From positions 288,096 through 352,095 of the forward strand of contig CT868541.1 in the NCBI GenBank assembly GCA_000165425.1: DNA of 64,000 nucleotides, read 5' to 3'. The stretch is from Paramecium tetraurelia. Taxonomy: Eukaryota. The translations under genes and the position numbers were made by a program. Within the stretch, counting starts at the first letter, position 1. Every line of letters begins with the position of its first letter. Below, one piece after another: positions 1 through 14,522 of this stretch. The notes beneath the pieces were generated by a model that saw nothing but the letters and a program-made list of their open reading frames with translations, searched no databases and was not told the origin of the DNA.

Positions 1-438
1 AGACTTAGAATAAAATGATGATAAGCAACTTTTCACTTTTTATAGTCCAGAACAAAAATAAGTATCATAAACATTCAAGCTCCCTAAAGTTTTCAGAGCA
101 TTTCCTAAGCAAAATAGATATTATATCTGATTTTTCTATTCATTATTACAACTTCAATAATATTGAAAACTCATATTTACAATTTACTATTGTTTCAGAT
201 CAGTTCTAAGATATCATAATAATTTATTACATTTTTAAAAGTCTTAGACTATTTAATTCCTATTTTAATAATAGAATTATAGTATTCTGAAATTTACATC
301 AAATTTATAAGTAAATTTGAAATCCATGACTATAAGTTTAAATTTCAATAATAACTCTGATTCTTTAAAACAGAGTGACTCTAAATATTTAGAAGTTAAC
401 AACTTTTTGTTCAAATTTTAGTATAAATATTATAATAA

Positions 439-810
439 ATGATTAATACACAAAGTGAAGATGGTGAATAGCCTGTTTCAAGTGTGCAAGCTATTGAAAA
501 ACCCTAAAAATTTAGCCTATTTGATTTGATTGTTGGATTGTCTATATTTAGCATTCTATTTTTTTAGTAATGTATGGGTGAAATTTTATTCCCGATTGGA
601 TTAATATTTTTGATGAATGGAATACTCTATAAATGCAACAGACGAATTGATTAATTTATGATTGGTCTATTTTATGTACTTTAATTATTTGCAGTTTGGG
701 CATTAACCTATCACGATTTCGAAGAGTGTCGAATTGGATATGTATTAGTCGTTATTTACGTAGTTGTAATATTTTGCTTCATTACAAGTAGCATGATTAT
801 ATTGACATGA
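439..810 (+). CDS. Hypothetical small multi-pass membrane protein (123 aa)
   Basis: Intronless table-6 ORF MINTQSEDGEQP...SSMIILT* with about four hydrophobic stretches. Confidence 0.65.
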
Positions 811-997
811 AATCAATTATTGTCTAAAATACATATAATTAACACTATTCTTTCATTGCATTATTATCATTATGCACTTCTTTATAAAATTTATATATAT
901 ACTTAATATATAAATTTTAATATTCTTGAGAATGTTTACTATCACAATATATGTTAAGTTGTTTAATAACTTGAATTTATATATATGCAATTATTAG

Positions 998-2456
998 TCA
1001 ATAATCTAAATATAACTCTTTGATGGTAAAGGTGGTTTCATCAAGTTCATACCATGGGAATCTCCACTCGTCAGTCATACCATAATGTGGAATATTAGGA
1101 TAGGCTTTCCAATTAAATGGATCGTGATTTTAATAGGAAGGACTTGAGATCAAATGAACCTTTTTATTCTTAATCATGTCCTGACTAATGACCTTACCAT
1201 CAATTCCTCCGAATGTGTATCCATTCCCTAGATCACACCTTGGACTTAAGGCACCATCGCAAGCATCGAATTCAGCAGTAACTTTATTGTATCTAACTAA
1301 TTTTCCTACTTCTTTAACTGTTTTTAGATTTCCTTGGTACATTCTAAACTATCTTGCTCTTACATCATCATTATATGAGGTAGTTTTTGGATATTCTTAA
1401 ATTTTATATAATTTTACTTAAAGAATCAAAGATTTCTTAATCCAATGGTACATTATAAGATGCCACATATCCTTAGGATGCTAGTAATGTATTTGTTAGA
1501 TCATGCACCTTATAATGAAAGAATGCCTCTTCTCCCATGAATATTTTATTATAATCAGTTACAACCCATTAATTATTATGAGTTCCACTTCTATGCTACC
1601 CAAAAATATCCATCCATTCTGAAGGAGTCTTTGCCAATCTACTTGCTATATTAGCTCTCATCCAACAAGGCACTGAATCATAATGAAAATAGGCATAATT
1701 TTCTTTATTATAATTATTAAATGATGTTTCTGTCACAACCATTTAAGTATCCCAAAGGACAAAAAAATCATCCTTGGATTCTAAATCTCCTGGTCTTGCT
1801 GTAAATGATAAATGTGGATTGACCACATCTTTGTCTTTTAATTTAAAATTATAGCTTTTATAAATTCTGAGCATAGTTTGATACACATTAAAAGTCGAAT
1901 GTGCCACTATGCCTGGTTTATAAAAGGAATTACAATTTCCAATACCTTGAGTTTAAACTTAGCCAACACTTGGCCATAAATCTTAAAGATCTCCCATATT
2001 ACTGAGATAATAGAACTAGTCAAAGGACAAGGCTTTTTCAGTCTTGCCATAATGATAATTGTATCCTTCATACATATTTTCTAACTAAATCAATAGATAT
2101 TTGACCATCCTCCAATAAGGCGTATTTTAAGATTAACTTTGTTCTTTCAACCAATTATATTAATTATGCACATATGTCTAAAGCGATTTCGGTAGAAAAT
2201 GTCTCCCTCCTTAAATTCCATAAATATAATTCAAATATGCATTATAAATTTCCTCTCTGGATTCCTCGCCTTCGTATCTTCCGGCTGTAGCGAAAACATC
2301 CTCGTCATTTTCCACACTTTCAAGATTTATTTGAAGAAAGTTCCATCCAGTTGTATTGGCAGTTCTATTATAAATGATTGATCCCTTCACTTTACCATTA
2401 TCAATTTCTAAAGAAAACGATATAGATACAAGTAAAAATATCAAAGAGTTCATCAT
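998..2456 (-). CDS. Phospholipase B-like (PLBD/LAMA family) Ntn hydrolase precursor
   Basis: Signal peptide MMNSLIFLLVS; NTTGWNFLQI, GNCNSF..HSTF, SRPGDLESKDDF-like, RYN, LSPRCDL, FGGIDGK motifs; one 28-nt intron restores the frame. Confidence 0.88.
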
Positions 2457-3392
2457 TAATATTATTAATATTTTGTAATGTCATCACATGCATAATATTA
2501 AATATCTTTTTTAATGACATAATTTGGATATCTATTATAAAATATATGATAATCAAATTGTTAAAATAATAGATTATAGATTATAGCTTATACATATATA
2601 TCTAAATTTCATCTCTTAAACAACACAATTTAAAATTTATTACTATGAGAATATATATATTCTATATAATAACAGTTATTTTTAATATTAGTACGATTAA
2701 GTTAAGCTTGCTTTTCAAATTCATTAAATTGCATCCTGCTATGATTTTAATTATATATAGTGAAAATTAGGTTTTCAACTCACTTGCGAAAAATTCATTC
2801 TATTAATACTAATTTCATATTGAAACTTTCATTAATGTAATTCATTATTTCGCAAAGGCATACTTTGAATTTAATATAACTTAAATAGATTATTTCATGT
2901 CTGAATGACTTGCTTTTATAATGGAATAATATCATAATTGATTAATCTGTTTACAGTTAATATATTTATAAATTTGCAATTCAAATACCTTTGGATAATT
3001 TTTCTAAGGTTAAAGTCTACACAATTTGTTTACTTTGAACTATGCTTAATGATTTGGCAAACATTCATTGTAACTTTAATAGAATGCCTCTATTCAGCAT
3101 CGTTATCTATGTTCTTTGAATTTTATCTTTAAGTAATAATTTCATCCGAGTAAACACCTTTAGTAATCAAAGATGTATGTGTTTCTTCTTGTATATTTTT
3201 GAAAGTAATCAACTAAATCATTCAAATTAATTAATTTAGTAATCCTCTTTTTGACAGTATTAAATTTTACATATTCAATTGGGTAAAAAGGAGAATGGTT
3301 ATAACTTTAGGGTAATAAGGTCAGTTTATAAGGAGGAATAAATAAATTGAATAATAATATATTAATTTTCATTAATAAAATAAATTTAGAAG

Positions 3393-6134
3393 ATGATTGA
3401 TGAGATAACTCTGTTGGCAAACTTCATTTAATTGAAAACGGAAACGCTGTATCAAAGATCAAAATTTAGCGGATTGTGCTTGTACCCATCTATCGTATTG
3501 TCGATAGCCTTTGATAGAAGTACTGTAAATATAGGAACTGTTTTGATAACATTGATTTTAACAGCTATTTTAAAAAGTCATAATAAATTAATTTATATCT
3601 TAAGAGTAATATAATCAAACATAGTTATAGGTTCTCTTATTGTTTCCAGAGCTACTTCTTTAAAATTAAAATCAAGCATTAATCAGTTCATTTTTGATTA
3701 ACCAAATATATGTGCCTTACTGGCCAAGTTAAATTGTGTTTTAGATGGTTTTAGTTAGGTCAGTGAATGGATTGTATTTGGGATTTGGATTAGTAATGTT
3801 GTCTAGATATTTTGAAATTTTAAAGCGAAGATTCTTTATATCATTCTATATTCAAGAATACAACTAAAATCAGAGAGAGTGTGTGTTGGAGAAACTACCA
3901 ATAGACATTTTCCTCATTAATAGCGAAGCCAACATTTACTATAGTAATAATCATGTAAAATAATTTGATAATGAATTGCAAAGGAAATTGGCAAACCTGA
4001 TTCGAAAGAAGAAAACAGATGAAATAACATTAAACCATAAATATTACAAGATGGAATAATATCATTCCGATTACCTATTGACACAATAATAATTTAGTTG
4101 TGGAGATATCGAACTGTTTATAAAGTTGTCACAATAAATAGATTAATTGTACAACCTCATATGCTAGGACTATCAGAAATGGAACAACTTAAGAGCATTT
4201 AAAGTAGTGAAGGAGAGCGATTTAAGTATCTTAGGTCAATGCACCACAGATTGTAGATTATTAAAACAGTAAATAGATACCATAAATATTCTAAATCACG
4301 ATTGTCAATAAATCAAATACTAATCATCATCAAAAGACGAGTTTTTTTGTAAGTAAATTGTTTGATTTAGTGAAGAACTATGTGGTGAATGTGATTGAAT
4401 CAATGGTTAATCGACTCTAAGAGCATTTCAATATAATTCAACTTGAATTTGAGGAGGGCATTCCAGAAAAGCTTGTGGGAAACAAACATGGCATTCTCTA
4501 TAGTCTGTATGCATTCTTAATGAGTGCGATGCTTGTGGAATAGAAATCAGATCTGTTGACAATAAATACTAGAATAGCTTAAGTGTATTTAGATAAATCA
4601 GAATATGATCTTGAGATATCCATTAGTTTTCCATGTTCCAACAAATAAATGAAATTGTATTGTCAAGATGAATTTGAGAATGAGAATGAACAATTTTTGC
4701 TAATCATGATCAAATAATGTAAGTAATTGCTCTCGATTGATTATAAAACTGATGGGGACAACATTATCATCTTATTGATAACAAGTGTTCAATTGTGTGA
4801 AAAGAGTGACAAATCCTGTGATAATATTCAGATGGTTGATTTGACTTTTACAAAAAATGTTATTGATGTAAATCATTACTTTTGGAATGCAAAAAGATAT
4901 GCCTCTCCAGCTATGACTTATGATAAATCCTTGAGATCACCTATATAAAAATGCACGGCTAAATTTAATTTTACTGATTCTTTGGCTTCAACTATCCAAT
5001 TGAAATCGATTCCAAATTCAGCCTAAGCCTCTGCTGCAAATTCTAATGTCTAATCTCCTGAGAATACATTGATTAAAAATGATGATATAATCAGAGAAGT
5101 CGAAAAGGCTTTCAAATATACTATACAATTTCCTTAAATAAAAGAGGATATAATCAAATTGCTAGAATAAACCTTGAAAGTTGCCTACAATGAAGGAATC
5201 TTGGATCACGACAAAACCATACTCGATATAGGATGTTCTCAAATGGGCTATGATAAGTACAGTTAGATTAGTGTGAGATCAGACACACCATTTGTTCAAG
5301 ATTATTGTGATCAATTAATTGATTAAAATGACAACGAATTTTAAAAGAGTAAACCCAAATAGTTCAAAACTCCTTAATTAAAACCTAGAGATTTAGTAAG
5401 ATTCGATAATTTGGGGCAGCAAGTGGTCCGTGAATAAAAGAAAAAGCAAGAAAAAGCTAATAGGTCTATCTAGGGAAAGAGGAACAAAGATCAAAAGTAA
5501 TTGAGTGTTCTGTTTAGTCCTTCTGTGATGAGCAAATTTAGTAACAATCTGGTATCCAAAGTCTAAAAATCCAAAACTCAATTGCCTAAAATTGATGATA
5601 ACAATGGTATTTATTTGAGTCTATCAAGATAATAAATTTCATATTAGAGTCAGAGATAATAGATTAAGGAAACAACAACGAAAATGGACTTGTAGAATTA
5701 GACTGGATGAATAACCAAAGTAGGAACCGAACATACTCTGTTTGATTCCTAATACTCAATTTATTCACGTGGCACAAAGGTTTGGTAATAGTCAGTATGG
5801 AGATTTAATGATCGGAGAGCCCATTATCACTTACTCAGTCTCAGAATTGATTGCGATCTATAAATAGCATTTTAATGAGGGCAAACAGTTTTGCTTTATT
5901 TTGATATACATTCATAAGATTAGTGAAATCGAGGAATTGAGCATTGCTGTGCAAAGCAATGAAAACTTATGGTGTCAAGATCGTGATTTCAAAAAAACAG
6001 TGATGATAGGAATTTACAATTAAACCTAATTGAACAAAAATCTATATCAGTTTCTTCAATACACTATTCCTTTAAGCTAAGATGCCGAATAATTAGCCAA
6101 ATCAAAAGAATGGATAGCGGAAATAAGTAAATGA
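3393..6134 (+). CDS. Membrane protein with degenerate hybrid histidine kinase-like architecture (HisKA/HATPase-like plus receiver-like)
   Basis: Long table-6 frame with small introns; N-terminal hydrophobic segments; QLEFEEGIPEKLVGNKHGILYSLYAFLMSA resembles the HATPase_c entry; C-terminal PNILCLI...GKQFCFILIYI...VMIGI resembles a receiver domain. Confidence 0.55.
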
Positions 6135-6167
6135 TTATAAATTATTATTAAAATTAAGTAATAAACA

Positions 6168-6629
6168 ATGTCTCACCACCACCAAAAGTATTATGAGAGA
6201 CCAGGTATATATTTCCTACTAATATGTTCTAAGATGGATATGTGTACTCACCTGAAGAATTGGATGCTCATAGAATTCCTTTGCCCTTTAGAGACAGATG
6301 TGTCAATTTCTATGTCCCCTTCTTCAAATGCCAATAAATCAAAACAGACAATCTATTCAAAACCGCACTCGCAGCCATCGACTAGACTTTGGATCATTGG
6401 TATTTCATTACTTCTATTCCTAGGGGTGGAGAATGCTACAAAGAAAAAAGAGACTATGTAAATTGTGCTAAAGCAGCGTATATACTTTATCCAATTATTT
6501 TTCAGTTACCAATATTCCTTGGCCATCCCTGTTCAAAATATTTATACTGCCAATCCATGGTATGCTAGTCAAGAAGCTGTTTCATCCGAATTAGAAAAAA
6601 ATCATTTTAGTTCACCAGTCTTGTATTGA
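6168..6629 (+). CDS. NDUFB7: NADH:ubiquinone oxidoreductase subunit B7 (B18), twin CX9C
   Basis: After removing three tiny introns: SPEELDAHRIPLPFRDRCVNFYVPFFKC...ECYKEKRDYVNC, matching the NDUFB7 pattern. Confidence 0.8.
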
Positions 6630-6675
6630 CAAAATAATCAATTTTAGTACAAAATAAAACATTATTATTATTTAC

Positions 6676-7041
6676 ATGCATTATTCACTTGTAGAAGGAT
6701 CTTAATAAACCGATTCCATTCATTACCCTTCTAAAATTCACGTTAGATATCCTTCTTAATTGCAAATGGGTTCTCCTAGAATAATTCTCTTGCAAAATCA
6801 CTTTCCTGCTGTGAAACCTATCATTGTAAGAAAACCCCAATAAGGATCAAACTTAAAATAACTCAAAAATGCCTACTACACCAATCGATAACCTGTCAAA
6901 ACTCTCTGCAACGAATAATTGGAAATACCAAAACAAGAGAAAATACTAAAAGAAAAAAACAAAAAACTATAATTGAGGAAAAATATGACCAGAAAATTAT
7001 TGAAAATTACAGAGTATCTAGCTTCCTACAGAAAGCCCTGA
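6676..7041 (+). CDS. Hypothetical basic protein (121 aa)
   Basis: Table-6 ORF MHYSLVEGSQ...LASYRKP*; no recognised motif. Confidence 0.45.
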
Positions 7042-7659
7042 AAACATCTTCCTATGATTATAAATATGATAATAAACCCTTTATAAATAATGCCATCTAT
7101 TATTAAACTCATAACAATGTCCATCCAATAAAGCCAGTACTTCGAATATTCAACATAAATAGATATTCCAATAGACTACATCATCTTTTCTTATCTTACA
7201 ATTCTTTATATTAAAAAATTAAAGAGACATAAGTTAGAATTAAATATATAGATTTTATCATGGCGATTTGTGGAAAATAAATAAATTTTCAATTTATTGT
7301 TCTATTCTTTAAAATGTGTAAAAGATCCTCTATCCCCTTATAGGATATTTTCTATGTTTATATATGATATTTTTAACCAAGAATAAATCTTTTCATATAC
7401 AAACAAGAATCAAAATTTCAGAATAGTTTTTTAATAAATTAGAGCTTAAATCTCACTTTGATCAAATCGAAATAACTTCCCATCCCATAATTTATTTATA
7501 ACTTAGTTTAATGCCTATTGATTATGGTTTCAAAATAAACAAGACAAATGAAGACATTAAATAATCTACATTCACATATTCAATAGAATATAAATGTTGA
7601 TAATATTAATTAATAATGACTTTAGATAATGTTGTAATTAAATATATGATAAAATCCGA

Positions 7660-8559
7660 TCATCTTCTTAATGAGTTCTCCACTCTGTTACATGTTTCAT
7701 CCAACAGTCTAAGCATAGTTTCTTCAGTGGATTCTCTTTATGCTTTTTCTTCTGATAACTATAAATTTAAAATATTATTCATCTCATCTATCATTCTATA
7801 CATTTGAGATTGAGATTCCTATCTTTATCGTTTCTCCTTAGTCAGAGTCTCCTAGATTTAAAAGACAGATTCTCCAAATCTTCTAATTAGCTCTTAGCAA
7901 GCGGCTTCTCTATTAATTAATTGTAATAAGAAATACCTTTCTCTTCTTTCATTTTAGACATCCTCTGCTAAGTTTAAGACTCTTTCTCCAATTTCATTTG
8001 AATATTGTTCTTCAGTTTCCTCTCTCATTTTCTTTTATTTAGCTAATTCCAATCTATATTGATATGATTTTTCATCAATTAATCTAGCCACTTTCAATTC
8101 TGATTCCCTTCTCAAGGTTTTATCTTTTTACAATTCCTTAACTATATTCTACTCTAATCCCTTAACATCTCTCTACTTAAAATTATCATCCCTTGACTAT
8201 AATATAAATTTTGAATTCAAACATCTCTAATTATTTTTTCGTTAGTTAATCCATCTTCTATTTTACTCAATTGGTCTTAAATTATTTTAAGTCTGCTTAA
8301 ATCATTTTAGTAAGCCTTTTAAAATTTCTCGTCAAAAAGCTTGAGCTTTTATTCATAAGCTTCCTTTTTTAATGTTTTATCCTCTTCAATCTGTAATCCA
8401 GATAACTTTTCGCTTAACTATGCAATCTTAGCTCTGCTAGGAGATACTACAAGGATTAAACCATCTCTTACCGTTCCTATCAGTAATTGAAGATTGTGGG
8501 GCAATCACACTTTTCAAATTTTTTGTTTAAGGTGATTAATATAACGAGCTATTTAACAT
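7660..8559 (-). CDS. SF-assemblin/beta-giardin family coiled-coil protein (striated/kinetodesmal fibre)
   Basis: Coiled-coil body ending EEKAQRESTEETMLRLLDETCNRVENSLRR*, typical of the ciliate SF-assemblin C-terminus. Confidence 0.75.
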
Positions 8560-9347
8560 TAATTATTTATTAATTAAAACTAAAAGGTAGCTTTAATTTA
8601 TTTGTAAATAATATCAATCTTAATAAATGTAATTGAGTTCTTTTAATAACTAGAAGAGAATATATGGGGTTGGAAGTTCAAATTTAATTTTAACGTCTAT
8701 ATTACAAGTTAATAAAATAGGACTTCATTTATAGAGGAATCAGCTGGATTTCTGTCAGCAATTATGTGATGGGCATTTCAACTCGATTTTCATCAATAAT
8801 TATGCTGTGTGCATTTCATTACAAAAAAATAATGATTAGAAATATATTTAAGCTTCAATTTGAAATTTAGGTAGATATTTTTTTAATTAAAACATCATAA
8901 GATTTATTACCGAGATATAAAAGTTTTAGAAGAGAATCAAAAATTATAAGAATATGATCACATTAAAATAATAGCTACTTCTAATTTAGAATTCAAATTC
9001 AAACCCTTATTATTTTATAATTAATATATCATAACTAATTCATTAATAAGATATAAAAACACATTATATTTGATGAAAATAAGGTGAGAATTCATAATTT
9101 GTAATTGCATTCCAATGTTCAATCAGTTATCAGAACTTCAAGAATATTAATTATTTACTTATCAAAGGTTTCTAAACTATACGATTTTTATTGGTATATG
9201 AATATTGATCAATGAGAAGTATATCAATAGATAATTCAAAAATGATGATGCTATTTTATTCATTTATTAATAATATTTAGATCTTTGAAATCAATATTTA
9301 ATAACTGAAAATACCTTTTTGTTTGTATAAATATTTTATTTTTTAAA

Positions 9348-12120
9348 ATGGCAGACAACGAAAATAACGATGATCAACCAAATTTGGAGGAGGATCCAAT
9401 GGCATTCTTACCAGCAGATCACGTAATGGAGTAATATGATATAATTAGCATTTGTTGGCTCGTTTGCAAATTGCATTACAAAAATAATTGGATGATGAGC
9501 ATTCAAGAGTAGAATTAGAGCTTGTCGAAGTCGAAGATTAATTAAAAAAGCTTGATAGAGAAAAGGAGGATATTGGTACTTGAAATAATTAATATAAAAG
9601 GTGTTAGATTATATGGTGTATAACAATAGTTAGCAGAGAATTAATAAAATTTTGAAAAAGCACATGAAAACTTTAATTTTGTATAAAAATTGAGAATTGA
9701 AAGTGAGTAAAAACTAAAAACTATTAACGACTTACACTTACAGAAGAAGAAAGAGGTAGATGAATTAAGGAAAAAATATCTAAAAGCTCAAGATGAATTA
9801 TCGAAACTTACCAAAACTTTGCACACCATTGAGAATTATAACAATTAGATGCAAGCAGAAATCCAATAGACTAGAAGAATCGTCTACAGAGGAGAAGAAA
9901 ATGTGCAAGCATTAGAAAAGGATAAGAAAAAATAAGATTACTTAATTGATCAAATGAATGAGGAAATTAAGAGATTGACAGAATAAAAGACTATATTGAT
10001 GGATCAATTGATATCACAAAGCAAAGAGACAGAAAATGCTAGACAAACAATGAAGGATGCTTAAGCTGAAATGGAAAAGATCATTGCATCAAAAAAGAAC
10101 CTTATGGAAAGATGGTAGAAGAGTTTGGTAAGGATGTAGAGAATGGACAATGCACTATAAGAAATTAGAGAAGCTTATAAGTATGTATCTGTATTGATAT
10201 CATAATAGAAAAGAATCAGAAGTCAATATCTAATTAGGTACTGAACTATAAGGAATTAATAATGAAATCAGAAAAGAAAATGCTAGATCTGAAGATTTAA
10301 TTGCATAGAAAAGAAAATTGGAAAATCAAAAGTCGAACTTAGAAAACAGGAGATAAGAATTACTTGAAGAGTAGGCAAAACTCAATGCTTAAGTGTTATT
10401 GTTGAATGAATCTCTTAAATAGACAGAAAATGAAACTAAAAAGACTGATAATGAATAAAGAAATGTCGATGAATAAATGAAATTGATTGAAACTAATATT
10501 ATGAAATTGCATACAGAAACTAAAAGCTTATTGGAAGACTTATTAGATTCAAAGAGTGAAAATACTACCATTGAAAAAACTGCCTTAAATTTGTTGAAAT
10601 AGGCTTAAATTATCTAATCTGAAATTGAAGAAAAGGAAATAGAATTGGAAAATCTAAATAATGAAATTGCTAGAGTTAAAATTGATCAATTGAACACAGA
10701 ATAATAGATTGAATAATTAAAATTAAAAAAGGCTGCAGTTATTAAAGAAAGAGATGACAAGAAAATTACTGTTGCTACTTACGAAGTATAAATTAAATAG
10801 GGTCATGAATTAAATGAAAAAAAACAACATGAAGTTGGTAGATTAAATAAGGTTCATGATGAATTGACAAACAATTCTTCAGAAGTCAGCAGAGGACCTT
10901 TAGAAGCTACAAAGTCTAATCTAAAACGATAATTTGATGAAATGATTCAACAATGTGAAGCCATGCATAGAGATTGGATCAAGAAGCAAACTTAATTGGT
11001 TGAAAAAACTAAAGAATATGAAACATGTTCAACAGAGGTTGATGAATTATCAAATAAACAAGTTATTTTAGAAAATAAAAAAATGAGATTAAATTCTTAA
11101 TATAGATCTCATGAAAGAGAAATAAGAGAAATCAAAAATAGTCTTAAAAATCTTTAAAATGATATGAATAAATTAAATGATGATTTAGAAAGATATTAAT
11201 TTAAATAAGAAAAATTAACAAACGAAAATAACCATATTTAGAGTGAATTTCTTGAGAAGTTGAAAGAGTTAGAGAAGGAAGCCGTAAGATATGAAGTCTA
11301 AATTGATAAATTAAAGGACAGTAAAGCAGATTTATTAAATGATATAATGGAGGCAGAAAAGTAAATCCTGTTGTGGGAAAGAAAGATTCAATTGGAAAAA
11401 GAAATGCAAGAGGCTTTGGATCCAAATGTTGGACAGAGCGAATTAAAACTATTGTAAAAAGAAATACATAAGATGGAACTAAGATAAAAGGAATAAAAGA
11501 AGAGTTAGGAGTAGATCATAAAAGAAATGGAAAGAACTGTTTTTAAGAGAGAGACTATCCAATTAAAATATCTGAACAAAGATAAATCTTCCTCAGGACC
11601 TAAAGAACTTAAACTTCCTCCTGTTGGAGCTAGCAATAATACAACTTAAGTTAACAAATAAATCTAAACACTTAAGAATACATTGAATCAAACATTGATG
11701 AATGGATAAAAGATAGAATAAGGTATAAGAGCACAAGAAGAGTAACTTGAAAATGTAAGAATTATAAAATATATGCATGTAGCTTTAACAATAAATCTAG
11801 GAGGCTTCCTAACAGTAATAATAAATGGAATAGGAAGCTTATGACAACAAATAAAAATTATATTATGCTAAAAATGAAAAGCATCTAAATGTATTCAAAA
11901 TAAGTCAATTATAATCCTAAGCCAAGAAATACGAGGAATTATTAAACAACCCAAAACTTCCTTTTCCAGAACAATAAATTAGATAGTAAATTTAATTTTA
12001 AGCCTTAGGAAACTTGAAGAATAGAAGAACTTCACCAATAATATCAAGAGTGCCTTAAACAAACTAGTTGATGAATAGCCATAATTACAAGAGATCTTGG
12101 CCCCATTATTAGATTTATGA
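9348..12120 (+). CDS. CCDC40: Coiled-coil domain-containing protein 40 (axonemal ruler, FAP172)
   Basis: LPADHHLLARLQIALQKQL...EDIGVRLYGVQQQLA; EAEKQILLWERKIQLEKEMQEALDPNVGQSE..EIHKMELR. Confidence 0.92.
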
Positions 12121-12257
12121 AATATATGAATTTAAAATTAATCAGATAGAACAATATTTAATCCTTATTATCATAATTGAGAGTAATTCTAAAGAGATTT
12201 TTTTAATTAAAATATATTTGTATTTAGTTTTTAATTATAAATATTTTAATTTGTGAA

Positions 12258-13833
12258 ATGGCAAAGGATAAAATACTTTCTGCTAAACTTAAGTAATAGG
12301 AATTTAAAACCAAATCGACTCATTTGAAGACATAAAAAATAGCTTAATTACTTGAGCCATAGTTTTAGTAGAGTGTGGAAATAGATGATGAGAGACCATT
12401 ATTAAAAATTTCTAATTTCAAGGGAGTATTTACTCAGAAGAGAATGTGCAAAATGTAGAACTTATATTCATTAAACAAGATTATCAATTTAAAATTGAAA
12501 CAAGGACCATATAAAGCTCTCTGTGACACCTTAAACAACATATTTGGGCAGGAGAATCTGGTCACATAGCCGCTTTTAATTGGAGACACAAGTAATTGGA
12601 ATGTGAATTCGATGTGAAAGAGAAATGCTATGATATCATTTCTATAGCGCAAAGAAATTTTGCAGTAGCCCAAAAAAGTTGCATCTACATTTACGATCCA
12701 AAAGGAGTTGAAGTTCATAAAATTCGTGAATGCAAACAAGCTACTAAATTAGAATATTTGCCCTATCACTTTTTATTGGCTGCTCTAAATTAGAATGGTT
12801 AATTGACCTATTAGGATATAACTTAAGGGAAAAATAATATCAAGTAACATATTGAATGATTATAGCATATAGAACTACACCATCTCCTTTGTGTTTAAAA
12901 TAAAACAATAACAATGCAATATTAGGAATAGGAGATCAAAATGGGAGTTGTAAAGGATGTACGCTCCTAATACTGGAACTTCGCTTACATCCATGTTATG
13001 TCATAAAGGAGGAGTGATGTCGATGACTTTCTCTCGAGATGGCAATCACTTAATTACAACTGGATCGGAAGGAACAATTAAGGTCTGGGATCTTAGAACT
13101 TAAAAATTATAATCTCAAGTTGCAGTCAATGCAACTAACATAGCATTAAGTGATAAAGGAATTTTAGCTGCAGGGAGAGGAACGGATGTTGTTATGTGGA
13201 AAAACTGTTTGATCGGAGATTTAAAAACACCTTATTTAAGATATAAGGCATCTTCAATGATTTGTGATATTGATTTCATTAAGCATGAAGATTATTTGGC
13301 AATGAGCACTTTTGATAGTTATGAACAAACAGTAGTACCTGAAAGTGGAGAAGCATTTTTTGATACTTATGAGCAACCAGAATTGCAAAACAAAAAATAA
13401 AGGTTAGAGACTAACGTTAGATAATTACTTGAAAAAGTAAACTATTAATGAGATTAATTTTATAGCTACCTCCAGAGTCGATATCTCTTTAATCACATAG
13501 GATTGGAACAATAGATAGAACTTCAAAGGTTATAATCGAAAAAGAGTAAAAAAGGTAACTTGAGGAATAGGCATCTAGGAAAATCAAGAAACAGAAGAAA
13601 AAAATGAGAGGAAGGTATAGAATTAATATAAATGGCTTAGAAATAAAATTGGAAAGAGAGAGAAACTCAAGGAATTAGAGAGAGATCAGAAATAATAGGT
13701 TAAATGGTAAGAGATGTTGTCAGATGCTCTAAGAGTTAAGAGAGCGGAGAAGGAAAAGAAAAAGTTTGAAACTAAATTGTTGGACAGATTGGAATAGATT
13801 CCTAGCAAAGAATTTATTAGAGTAGTTTCATGA
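12258..13833 (+). CDS. WDR46: U3 snoRNP WD-repeat protein UTP7/WDR46 (BING4)
   Basis: LEYLPYHFLL, WD repeats (HKGGVMSMTFSRDG..IKVWDLR), BING4CT-like VVPESGEAFFD...VRQLLEKLPPESISL. Confidence 0.88.
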
Positions 13834-13898
13834 ATTTGTATAATAGAAAACTGAATATATTTAATTATTAAAATATCCTAATTATTTCATTATAATAG

Positions 13899-14522
13899 AT
13901 GATAGCATTTTAATTAAAAGATGTGGATAAAGGTTTGATCCCTGATAGAGTGGTCTAAGAAATAATCAGTAAATTGCCTAAGGAGTCAGTTGAAAAAGCT
14001 AAATACTTTGCCTAACTATTCGATCAGGCTACTTAAATTCTGACAGATGAAGGAAATGATGAATTTGTGAAAATTGAAAAAGCTATTATTAATAATGATT
14101 TAAGAAATTAAGTTTGGGAGATTAATTTCAAAGGAGAAGAAAACACAGAGTATTAAGATAAAAAAATTCAAGGTATTGTAAATCTTCAATGTTTAAGGTT
14201 ATTTGATTCTACCGAATGACTATCCTACAGCTGCTCCAAAATTCTATTTTTGGTTTTTCAAAGATAATTCTAAAATTATTCATGAAAATATCTACGGAGG
14301 TTCCAATTATAAATATTTTTAGATGGATTACTTTGTATGCCTATGGTGACAAATAATTGGAAAGGCAACGAAGGATTAACCTAAGTGATGATGACTATAA
14401 GAGACATTTTCAATAATCCAAATGATAAAGATCCAGCCAACCCTATTTTCACGAAAGCCCCTAATGTTGAAAAAACTAGAAGAAGAAAGGCATAATCAGA
14501 ATTATTGGAAGACTGGGAATGA
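13899..14522 (+). CDS. Ubiquitin/UBL-conjugating enzyme E2 family protein
   Basis: WEINFKGEENTEY, LPNDYPTAAPKF, HENIYGDGLLCM (catalytic Cys), W..NPNDKDPAN. Confidence 0.85.

Noticed and set aside
6821..7183. Minus-strand hydrophobic ORF of ~120 codons
   Set aside because: Largely antisense to a plus-strand ORF with more typical composition; with a single stop codon such ORFs arise easily.
9242..9308. Possible C/D snoRNA (ATGATGA...CTGA)
   Set aside because: Almost pure A/T, with no terminal stem or plausible rRNA guide; expected by chance.
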